From Deinococcota bacterium (GTDB lineage: Bacteria; Deinococcota; Deinococci; Deinococcales; Thermaceae), in NCBI GenBank assembly GCA_041695225.1, contig JBGFRI010000011.1:1-64000 (forward strand): a stretch of 64,000 nt of DNA. Direction: 5' to 3'. This document shows, piece after piece, positions 51,057-59,519 of this stretch. The first letter of the stretch is position 1; each line of letters opens with the position of its first letter. The position numbers and the translations under genes are program-made. The notes under the pieces are model-generated. The model was given only the letters and a program-made list of their open reading frames with translations, did not search any database and was not told the DNA's origin.

Positions 51057-51925
51057 GGTGGCTGATTGTACTGGGATCTGTCTGGTGGGGGCTGGCCCTG
51101 GCCTGCTCCCTGAGCATCGAGACCAACCCCCAGGGCGGGGTAGTGAGCAACACCACGGTTACAGTCACGGTGCGCTCAACAGTTCGTGTACCTGAACTCA
51201 GACTGACCCTGCGGATTGAGGGACGGTGGGAGAACTTTGGGCAGAGCTGGGCATGGCAGGACACCGATACCGGCGTGGCTGAGATCAGGGTCAGCTCCTC
51301 GCTCAACGGGCAGTACATCCTGACTGCAAGCGCTGATCTGTGCAATTCAGTACAGACCCGCTTTGTAGTGATGATTCCCTGGGATATTGCGTACTCACAA
51401 CTCCCCTGGCTCTTGTGGGAGGAAACCGAGCGCAACAACTTTATCGAGATAGGTGGAAGGCTGCGGGGAGGAGCTCCCATCAATATCGAGGGGCTGGTTA
51501 CCGGCCTGGCTGGGCCTTTAGCGCATGTTTTGCGGACCTATCTGGCAAGAGGTTATATGAACCAGGGCCATTTTACCCCTCGTTGTCCGCCTTTGGCCTT
51601 CTGCTACTCGGTTGCTCCGATACAGCTGCGGCTTTTCGCAGTGCATGGTGGTGCAGTCGGTGGCCTCCACCAGACCGGGCTGGCCTGGCTTGGTAACTTC
51701 ATGGCCCCCCGCGACAGCCGGGCCTGGGAGATCGGCGGCAGAGGGGTAGGCGGGGTGCTGGTTGTGCGGGGCTGGCGGCATGATTACATTCTGCTCTCGG
51801 AGCAGGGAGACTTTAGCGACCCAGTTGTGCGGGTCATTGAGATGCCACGAGGGGGAAGCGAGCTTATCCGTAGAGCACTGAGCCTGGCCTTCTTGCAGCA
51901 AGGAGCGAGGGAGGTAATCCCATGA
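51053..51925 (+). CDS. Secreted hypothetical protein
   Basis: Signal peptide, beta-rich N-domain, 4-bp overlaps on both sides. Confidence 0.6.
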   Translation: MRWLIVLGSVWWGLALACSLSIETNPQGGVVSNTTVTVTVRSTVRVPELRLTLRIEGRWENFGQSWAWQDTDTGVAEIRVSSSLNGQYILTASADLCNSVQTRFVVMIPWDIAYSQLPWLLWEETERNNFIEIGGRLRGGAPINIEGLVTGLAGPLAHVLRTYLARGYMNQGHFTPRCPPLAFCYSVAPIQLRLFAVHGGAVGGLHQTGLAWLGNFMAPRDSRAWEIGGRGVGGVLVVRGWRHDYILLSEQGDFSDPVVRVIEMPRGGSELIRRALSLAFLQQGAREVIP

Positions 51926-53166
51926 AAAACTGGCAGGTGACTTTACTGCTTCTCCTGGGCCTCGCCCAGTCTCCTGGACTCGCCTCAGCAGCCGCTACGT
52001 CGAGTGGAAGCCTGAATGACCTGTCGGGGCTGAAGAGCGTCTTACAGCTGCCGGGGGAGCTGCACCTGGTGGTGCCGCACATTACCCCCTGGTCGCTGCG
52101 TCTGGCTGAGTGGCGGGGAGGCCAGAGGACTATCTACTACATTCCCCAGACTGAAGCACAGCGTTACTGTGGGAGTGCAAATGTTCCGATCCGGGTGCTG
52201 CCAGGGACGGTAAGAGTACCGCTGGGCTTCCTGGTAGGTCAGGGCGGCACCCTGGACGGGGTAGTGCTACGCGGGCGCGGCCTGGTCGAAGACCCGGGCT
52301 GGGCCGAGAATGACTTGATTGCCTTGTGGATGGGACTCTCGGGAGCCCCCCTGCCAGGACGTAGCTGGGTGGAGGGTAGCTGGACAGGAGTCCTGACCGC
52401 CCGGATTGAACTCCAGGTAACAGAGCGCTACCTGGGAAGCCCTGAAACCAGGAGCTTCCTGTTCAACCACGTCTGGAACGGGCAGGTGCTGGATGTGCGG
52501 GTGCAGGGATATGATGCTCACCGTATTTACAATGGCGAGACCCTGCCTTTAGTACAGGCGGATGGCACAGTGCGGGGAGACTGTACTCTGCGTTCTATCA
52601 CTACCAGAGTAGAGCTGGGGGTAGATACCAGCCGGACGACATGGCGCGGCGGGCCCCTGCACCATAATCTGACCTTTGCGTTTGATCCAACCTCTGGTCT
52701 GGAGACTTTCCGGGCGCTAGAGCACAGCGCACACTGCGGCTGGTTTGGCTGCACCTGGCGAGGGTTTAACATCTACGACCTGCAAGGACGCCGCCGGGGA
52801 TGGGGGGAAGGGTGGCAGTGCGGCGGGAACTGGTGTACCACAACCTATATTCACCCGTTGATGTTTGATGTTCGCAAGACCCACGAGGAAGTGACAACCC
52901 GGATCAGGCCCTGGCATGAGCGGACGGTCTGGCAGCCCCAGGGTACGTTCAGTGTGGAGCCAGGTGGTATTGTGCGGGTTGGCGGCCAGGTCTGGCAGAT
53001 TCCAGGGCTGGAGATGTATGGTCATAGACCCGAGGGCGTAGGTATCGAGTGGGTGCGGGGCGAGCCTCTGGTGAGCTACCTGGCCCAGGCCAGCGGCATT
53101 ATGGGAGGCGCTATGTTCCGGGGTCAGGTTATGGACCTGGCAGACTTTTGCGCAAATATACGGTAA
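51922..53166 (+). CDS. Secreted hypothetical protein
   Basis: Signal peptide; Cys pairs CGWFGC and CGGNWC. Confidence 0.6.
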   Translation: MKNWQVTLLLLLGLAQSPGLASAAATSSGSLNDLSGLKSVLQLPGELHLVVPHITPWSLRLAEWRGGQRTIYYIPQTEAQRYCGSANVPIRVLPGTVRVPLGFLVGQGGTLDGVVLRGRGLVEDPGWAENDLIALWMGLSGAPLPGRSWVEGSWTGVLTARIELQVTERYLGSPETRSFLFNHVWNGQVLDVRVQGYDAHRIYNGETLPLVQADGTVRGDCTLRSITTRVELGVDTSRTTWRGGPLHHNLTFAFDPTSGLETFRALEHSAHCGWFGCTWRGFNIYDLQGRRRGWGEGWQCGGNWCTTTYIHPLMFDVRKTHEEVTTRIRPWHERTVWQPQGTFSVEPGGIVRVGGQVWQIPGLEMYGHRPEGVGIEWVRGEPLVSYLAQASGIMGGAMFRGQVMDLADFCANIR

Positions 53167-53177
53167 TATAGTGTGGT

Positions 53178-54590
53178 ATGATTATCTCCATGAAACACAC
53201 TCGTTTACTGGGAAAAGCCGCTTTCGGATTTTGGACTGTAGGTCTAAGCATGGGAAGCGTAGGACTGGCGCAGCAGATGCCCTTCCGGGATGTACGCCCA
53301 GACCTGGAGTTCATCCGCTTTCTGTACCAGAAGGGAATCGTTCAGGGCTTCCCGGATAGCACTTTTCGGGGGCAGCAGGCCGTGACTCGCTACCAGGTAG
53401 CGGTGATGCTGTACCGGGCGTACCTGGCTTTTGCCGATGACGTAGCAAGACGGGTGCGGGACGCGCTGGCAGAGGACTCGCAGGCCCGGTTTGAAGAAGC
53501 TATGCTTGCCATCAGCGAGCTGAAAGAAGGCCTGGAGATTGTACAGGGAGCAATGGGAGAGTTCCCCGAGGTCAAAGCCAACCTGGAAGAAACCCGTAAG
53601 AACGTGGAGAGCCTGGCTGAGGATCTGGCCCAGGTTTCGACGCAGATGGTTACACGGGAAGAGATAGGCGAGCTTACCGCCTCGGTTGGCGCTCTGGAAA
53701 CCATGATCAACCGGGGTGAGGAGGGTCTGCGAGCCTTACAGGCGCGGGTGAGTGCGCTGGAAGCGGTGGTGCGCGACCTTGACCAGCGTACCCAGGCCGG
53801 ACAGGGGGAGGTGAACAGACGGGTCTTTGATCTGTCTGGCCGGGTGGACAACCTGGAAAGGCAGGTACGGGACAGGCCCAGACTTAAGGTAGGGGGCTCC
53901 GTAGGTCTTTCGGAAGGCCGACCAGGCGGACAGGTCTTCGTTCAGGCAGAAAGGCAGGGCGTCCGGCTGGACGGAGCAGTCAATCAGAACGGTGTTCAGG
54001 TGCGGGCCAACCAGGGCGGACTGACCCTCGAGCACCAGCAGCGAGACGGGGTAGCCGAGAGCAGGGCCGAGTACAGCCTGTTTCAGGGAGTCAGCCTGCG
54101 GCTCGGCCTGGGCTACGGGGACTCAGGGTTTACAACCGCCCGGATTGTCCATGAGCCGGTCGGAGGCGTCATACCCGGACTGGTCGCGGAGGCCGGACTA
54201 GGGGCCGGATTTCATCAGGGCAACCTGGACCGGAATGTCCTCAAGCTGCGCGTGGGTTATCAGTTTGGTGAGATTACGCCCAGCATTGGCCATGTGCGTT
54301 TCCAGGGAGAAGAACCTTACAGCCTGCTGGAAGCCCGGCTGGACTGGCAGGCCGGGTTTGGCGAGATCCGAGGGTTCTACCGGGTGATTGCCTTTACCGG
54401 AGCGGGGGAGCAAGGGAATGAGTATGGTTTGAGGGTTCTAACCAGGAGCAACCCCTTTGTTGAGCTCGGGGTAAAGGGATGGAGCAACACCCTGCCTGCC
54501 GAGCCGGGTAGCTTCACCTTCCGCTACCAGAGCATCGCCACCCAGGGGACATCGTTTACCGTGAAGGTAGGGTATGTCCTGGAGTTTTAG
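53178..54590 (+). CDS. S-layer homology domain protein (SlpA-like)
   Basis: FRDV...GIVQGFPDSTFRGQQAVTRYQVA SLH; coiled coil; amphipathic beta C-terminus ending in Phe. Confidence 0.85.
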   Translation: MIISMKHTRLLGKAAFGFWTVGLSMGSVGLAQQMPFRDVRPDLEFIRFLYQKGIVQGFPDSTFRGQQAVTRYQVAVMLYRAYLAFADDVARRVRDALAEDSQARFEEAMLAISELKEGLEIVQGAMGEFPEVKANLEETRKNVESLAEDLAQVSTQMVTREEIGELTASVGALETMINRGEEGLRALQARVSALEAVVRDLDQRTQAGQGEVNRRVFDLSGRVDNLERQVRDRPRLKVGGSVGLSEGRPGGQVFVQAERQGVRLDGAVNQNGVQVRANQGGLTLEHQQRDGVAESRAEYSLFQGVSLRLGLGYGDSGFTTARIVHEPVGGVIPGLVAEAGLGAGFHQGNLDRNVLKLRVGYQFGEITPSIGHVRFQGEEPYSLLEARLDWQAGFGEIRGFYRVIAFTGAGEQGNEYGLRVLTRSNPFVELGVKGWSNTLPAEPGSFTFRYQSIATQGTSFTVKVGYVLEF

Positions 54591-55203
54591 GATTCTGGCA
54601 GCCTCAGCCGTAGGCCTACTGGTTACCGGGTGTGATCTCATTGCCCAGGTAGGCCAGGACTTCCAGACGCCTGCTACGGTAGAGGTAGTAGGAGCGTTCG
54701 AAGGAGCCTGTGTTCGGCTGGACGCTCTGAGGGACAGAGCAGCGGTCGGTAACTGGACGGTCTGTTCGGCCCCGTTCAGGTTCCGGCTACCCGTACCGGA
54801 CGGTCCGTACACCCTGGACGCCCAGGCCGGACAGGACGGACTGGTCTACCAGGAGGCGAACGTCCAGGTGACCCTGAGGCGGGGCCAGCAGGTTAGCCTG
54901 CCCCTCAGACGCCGGACGGTTCAGCTAGAGGTTACGGCCCCCTGGTTGGCAGCAGACCGGCCCGGACTGGCCGAGGTCTGGATGAAACCCGAAGAGGTCA
55001 GAGGGGCTGCTACTTACGCCGATACCCCGCCGTCTGGGCTGGAAGGCCGGGTACTGGTCGGACGGGAGGTTATTGCAGAGGGCCGGGCCCGGCTGAGAAG
55101 CCCCACCGGACGGGATGTCGCCGTCCGGGTGGTTCAGGGCGAACAGAGTGGGATGGTACGGGTCAGTCGGATAGAGGCGGATGGCCGGGTAGTGGTGCCG
55201 TAG
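54574..55203 (+). CDS. Lipoprotein
   Basis: Lipobox LVTGC. Confidence 0.65.
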   Translation: MSWSFRILAASAVGLLVTGCDLIAQVGQDFQTPATVEVVGAFEGACVRLDALRDRAAVGNWTVCSAPFRFRLPVPDGPYTLDAQAGQDGLVYQEANVQVTLRRGQQVSLPLRRRTVQLEVTAPWLAADRPGLAEVWMKPEEVRGAATYADTPPSGLEGRVLVGREVIAEGRARLRSPTGRDVAVRVVQGEQSGMVRVSRIEADGRVVVP

Positions 55204-55213
55204 GGAGGGGCGG

Positions 55214-56047
55214 ATGTTAGCACCTTCTCGCCCACCACTTCGTTATCACGGCGGTAAATGGAAGCTGGCTAGGTGGATAGTACGCCATTTCCCTCCCCAC
55301 CGGGTCTACCTGGAACCTTTTGGTGGCGGTGCCTCGGTGCTGCTCAACAAACCGCGCAGCGAGCTGGAGACCTACAACGACCTGGACGGTCAGGTGGTCA
55401 ACTTTTTCAAAGTCCTGCGCAAGCGTCCTGCCGAACTAGTCAGGGCACTCGAGCTGACCCCCTGGTCCCGCGCCGAGTACGAGTTATCACACGAACCAAG
55501 CGAGGATGCCCTCGAAGCAGCGCGGCGATTCTTTGTACGGTCATGGCAGTCCATCGGTGGCCCAACCGCCCAGTGGCGTAACGGCTGGCGCTACCAGGTC
55601 AAACGAGGCACCTGGCACAACGCCGCCAGCCTGTGGTGTGAGCTTGACCACCTGTACCAGGTGGCCGAACGGCTGCGGGGTGTCCAGATTGAGCAGCGTG
55701 ATGCTTTTGACCTGATTCCACGCTACGACTCCCCGGATGTGCTCATTTATCTGGACCCGCCCTACCCGCACGATACGCGATCAAAGTGGAAAGGCCCAGC
55801 ATACAACCACGAATTTTCTGATGATGAACACGCAAGACTGGCCGAGCTGGCCCGGGCCTCTCAGGCATACGTCATCATCAGCAGCTATCTCTCGGAGCTC
55901 TACCACGAGCTGTACGCTGCTCACGGCTGGGCACAGGTCGAGACAACCACCAGAACCAACAGCCGTCAGATGATTCGCACCGAATGCCTCTGGCTCTCCC
56001 CACGCGCCCAGACTGCACTGGATGGGGGCCTTTTCAGGCTGGCTTGA
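55214..56047 (+). CDS. DNA adenine methyltransferase (Dam/D12 class), orphan
   Basis: RYHGGK, YLEPFGGGASV, NDLD, YLDPPY. Confidence 0.93.
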   Translation: MLAPSRPPLRYHGGKWKLARWIVRHFPPHRVYLEPFGGGASVLLNKPRSELETYNDLDGQVVNFFKVLRKRPAELVRALELTPWSRAEYELSHEPSEDALEAARRFFVRSWQSIGGPTAQWRNGWRYQVKRGTWHNAASLWCELDHLYQVAERLRGVQIEQRDAFDLIPRYDSPDVLIYLDPPYPHDTRSKWKGPAYNHEFSDDEHARLAELARASQAYVIISSYLSELYHELYAAHGWAQVETTTRTNSRQMIRTECLWLSPRAQTALDGGLFRLA

Positions 56048-56059
56048 GATGAAGCAGAC

Positions 56060-57120
56060 CGGACAACCCCCGGACACCCTCTGGCGGACAACCCCCCCTG
56101 TCCAAAGACAGGACACCCCCGACTACAGGATTTGTTGCTTGTTACCCCCCCTATCCCCCCCGTATGTCCATGCTAAGAGAATAACGTGCCGGTCAGCGTA
56201 TCGGTGGTGTGCGAACGGGGGGGAAAAGTCTAATGCAGTTGGTAAAAATAGCGTGGGGGAGAGAGAAAAGACCAGCGTAGTGGGTAACTGGACACCCCCT
56301 GTCCGGGTGGACAACCCCCTGTCCACCTCCCTTGACCCCTGTCTGTCTGTTGCCTTTGTTAGCCATATTTTGCCGTTCCTGTCGCTCTTATTGTCCCATC
56401 TCTACCCCCGGACACCCCCTTGTCCAGGTGGACACCCCCACTTGTCCAGGTGGACAGGGTACGGACACCCTCGAGTCCAGAACCGCCGGTAAAGTCAGCC
56501 TGGCCGGCGGGGAGTGATAGGCATGAACAAGCGTTCCAGACGGATTAGCAGCATGAAGGACAACCCCCGGCCACCCCACCTGTCCTTGTGGACAACCCCC
56601 TGTCCTGGTATTGGACAACCCCCCTGTCCTGGTAGACAGGGAAAGGGCACCCTCGAGACCAAATCGACCGCCAAAATGACTCACGGTGATAGGGAGGCAT
56701 GGGCATGAAGAAGTGTACCAGACGGGTTAGCAGCGTGGCGGACAACCCCTGGACACCCCCCTGTCCCGGTGGACACCCTGGACAGACACCCCCGGACAAC
56801 CCCTCCCTGTCCGGGTGGACCACCCCCCCTGACCAGAGACCGGACACCCCTGTCCAGATGGGCAGGGTATGGACAGGTTCGGACAACTGCGGACACCCCT
56901 GGACAGGTCAGGAGGAAAGATGGGTATGAAAAAGCGGGGTAATCGGCAGGTCAGAGACCGGCGTACTACTCTTGAGACAGGTCTGGACAGCCCGGACAGG
57001 CAGGGTGTGAACAGTCGCGGGACACCCCCGGACACCCCCCCTGTCCAGGTGGACAACCCCCCTTCTCTGCCTGGACAGGGTATGGACGCCGCCCTCGAGG
57101 CCAGACTGACCGGGAAGACC
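56060..57120. repeat. GGACA-(C-tract)-TGTCC palindrome array
   Basis: About 11 complete palindromes plus many half-sites, counted by eye. Confidence 0.85.
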
Positions 57121-58194
57121 CGTCAACGCTGGCGGGAGTCATACCTGCGGGTGTTCGGCGCTACGCATGAGGGGTGGGAGAAGGTAGCAGAGGAAGCCAA
57201 CCGGCTGCTAAGCAAGGGCGCAGTACGCAGCCGGACAGAAGCGTTGAAGGCCGTACAGAATAAGGCACCAGAGGACGTTATAACGGCAGCTTTGCCGCTT
57301 GGTATTTGCCAGGACGTGCCCTCAACGGCAGCAGACGCTGAGTCCGAAGGGAGCAACACGGCAGAGCCTGAGTCAGTCGCTGAAGCGGGCCCGGTTCAGG
57401 CCGATGATCCCATTCCTTCATCCGAGGGTATTTCTGAGTCCGAACAGACCGGACAGGGGGTTGAACGGCAGCGGGTGAAGTGGATAGCAGCCTATCGTAC
57501 AGTGTTCGGTGAGGAGCCGGACGGACAGCTGGCCGAGGCCAGGATTCGGGCGGCTGTCCGGCTGTACGACCCCGAACGTTCGGTCGGACGGAAGCGGACG
57601 CTGGAGATGGTGCGGGAAAGCGAACGGCTGGTAACGATCCGTACAGAGATGAACGAACAGATCCTGAACGGGCTGAATGTAGCTAAAGCGGGGCTTGAGG
57701 AAGATGGAGAACCAGAGGGGGAGTGGCTCCCCCTACCTGATGAAAGTGCGCTGACTTTGGGAGCGGCCCTGGTCAAGATCGGCAGGCTCGAGGCCGAGGT
57801 CGAGCATCTTCGCAGGGTAGTAGACCGCCTGGAGCATCAGCTTCACCGGACGGAGACCCGGCTGGGCGGGCTCAGCCCCGGACTCAAGGCGCTCAGAGAT
57901 TCAACCCGGGAGGCTCGTGAGCTCTCCTTGAAGGTGAGCGCTCGGGTTGACACCCTCGCGCCAGTTCCTTCTTCCGGGGACACATCTACACCGCCTGGAA
58001 AGAAGGAACTCAGGGAACTCAGAGCCCGGATTGACGAAGAACGAGGAAGGATACTGCTGGAGGTAGAGAACCGATTGGACGAGACAGAGGCACTAATCAA
58101 GCGCGGTATGGAGGGCAGGATAGCAGCTTTAGAGTCCTGGGTACGGCGAATCAGCCGGTATCTGGGAGGAGGCAAGGGAAAGGGGTTCCGATGA
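56920..58194 (+). CDS. Hypothetical protein with duplicated helical motif and C-terminal coiled coil
   Basis: AGGAGG RBS before MGMKK; W..(S/A)Y..VFG twice; heptad-rich C-half. Confidence 0.7.
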   Translation: MGMKKRGNRQVRDRRTTLETGLDSPDRQGVNSRGTPPDTPPVQVDNPPSLPGQGMDAALEARLTGKTRQRWRESYLRVFGATHEGWEKVAEEANRLLSKGAVRSRTEALKAVQNKAPEDVITAALPLGICQDVPSTAADAESEGSNTAEPESVAEAGPVQADDPIPSSEGISESEQTGQGVERQRVKWIAAYRTVFGEEPDGQLAEARIRAAVRLYDPERSVGRKRTLEMVRESERLVTIRTEMNEQILNGLNVAKAGLEEDGEPEGEWLPLPDESALTLGAALVKIGRLEAEVEHLRRVVDRLEHQLHRTETRLGGLSPGLKALRDSTREARELSLKVSARVDTLAPVPSSGDTSTPPGKKELRELRARIDEERGRILLEVENRLDETEALIKRGMEGRIAALESWVRRISRYLGGGKGKGFR

Positions 58195-58661
58195 AAATGC
58201 TTTTGTTTGTGATGGTTTTGGTAATGGGAGCTGGGCTGGCGCAGGGCGGGCGCGGGGAAGCTATGACTCCTGGTGGGCTGCCCGTCCCTATCTTTGGGGG
58301 CGCTCCGTGGCAGATGATGCCGGATGCGGAGTGCCGCCCGGTTTGGGAAGCTACCAGGGAGAGATTCCGTCTGGTAGGTTTTGCTGACAGACGTGCGGTA
58401 GCCTGTCTGGTGGTCTCCAAAGACCGACTGCGGGGCCGGACAATGGCAGAGTTTCTTGAAGAAGGATGGCGAAACGCGCAGCCCCTCTTTCAGACTGCAC
58501 ACAGCTTGCGACGAGCTTTGATTAACGTGGGGATGCAGTTTGAAAATGTACGGATATACGTCTTTGGGGGGGTACACGAGCTTGGTGGACTCAGGCCACG
58601 GATCGAACATCTGATCTTCGTCGAACGCGAGGCCGACATTGTGCTGATTGAACCGCGATGA
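58191..58661 (+). CDS. Secreted hypothetical protein
   Basis: Signal peptide ending GLAQ; ATGA overlap. Confidence 0.6.
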   Translation: MKMLLFVMVLVMGAGLAQGGRGEAMTPGGLPVPIFGGAPWQMMPDAECRPVWEATRERFRLVGFADRRAVACLVVSKDRLRGRTMAEFLEEGWRNAQPLFQTAHSLRRALINVGMQFENVRIYVFGGVHELGGLRPRIEHLIFVEREADIVLIEPR

Positions 58662-58789
58662 GCCTTGAACATGCAACCTGGATCTGGGAACAAGGGGTAC
58701 AGTTCGGCTTCTGGGCCGGGCTGTTAGCAGGAGTGGTGATCGGACTGATCCTGGCCTGGGTCATCCGATGGGCGTTTTCCAGGCAGTAG
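58658..58789 (+). CDS. Small single-TM peptide (43 aa)
   Basis: Hand translation MSLEHATWIWEQGVQFGFWAGLLAGVVIGLILAWVIRWAFSRQ; ATGA overlap. Confidence 0.5.
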   Translation: MSLEHATWIWEQGVQFGFWAGLLAGVVIGLILAWVIRWAFSRQ

Positions 58790-58851
58790 GGTAGCTGGTA
58801 GAAGTGTTAGGGGCTGAGAAGGCCGCTCTTCTTTTTGGTTACCTCGAGGCT

Positions 58852-58909
58852 CCTCGAGGCCAGCGTGAGCCTATTTTGGTGTGTGTGCAAGAAGGCAAAG
58901 GTAAGAACC
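58852..58909 (+). repeat. 58-bp promoter-like repeat, copy 1
   Basis: 52/58 identical to 60805-60862. Confidence 0.85.
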
Positions 58910-59178
58910 TGGGGCGGCGTTAGCCGCCCCAGGTGGGAAGGTGTACAAGGTGGGCAGGATAGGGGGTAGCCCCCACCGATGCCCATCAGTACAAATGTAA
59001 CCCACGGGGAGAGGTTCGATCCCTCTGCTTCCCGAGCGGGACACCGCCGGACTGCACATTATGCGCTCTGTGCAGAACCCGGTCGTCATGAGTGTCCCCC
59101 CCTAACTCAGCAGGCGCATAACTGTCTGGATTAGCCGAGTGGTCTTGGTGTGGGCTTGTCTTTGTTAAGGAGTGTTTT

Positions 59179-59373
59179 ATGGGACCCACTGTAGAAGCGA
59201 CAGTTAGCGCAATTCTGGCCAAGCCAGTTGATGCTCAAGTCCACTGGCTACTAGTTCTGTTAGAAGAAATAGACGCTGGGATTACTCACCAACATAACAA
59301 GGCAATGGCTGACGAAGTGCTGGATACTCTCTGCAAGGCTATCCGGGTACGCTTGGAGGAGGATATGTGGTGA
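59179..59373 (+). CDS. Small acidic hypothetical protein
   Basis: AAGGAG RBS. Confidence 0.55.
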   Translation: MGPTVEATVSAILAKPVDAQVHWLLVLLEEIDAGITHQHNKAMADEVLDTLCKAIRVRLEEDMW

Positions 59374-59510
59374 AGACCAAAAAGGTAGTCACAATAGCCC
59401 GGGGCCACGAATGGGGCCTGGGCCGGTCTACCCAGACCCACGGGGACAAGCGCAAGAAGCGCTTGGGCACCCGAAGGGCGCGGGTACGGGCGGCGCTGGC
59501 AGAGTTGTAG
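59367..59510 (+). CDS. Small basic protein (47 aa)
   Basis: GGAGGA RBS; hand translation MVKTKKVVTIARGHEWGLGRSTQTHGDKRKKRLGTRRARVRAALAEL. Confidence 0.5.
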   Translation: MVKTKKVVTIARGHEWGLGRSTQTHGDKRKKRLGTRRARVRAALAEL

Positions 59511-59519
59511 GAGCACCTT

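Noticed and set aside
56060..57120. CRISPR-like array
   Set aside because: Irregular period, no constant repeat length and no unique spacers
58935..59037. Canonical tRNA gene
   Set aside because: T-arm is present but there is no proper D-arm, anticodon arm or CCA; kept only as a structured-RNA finding
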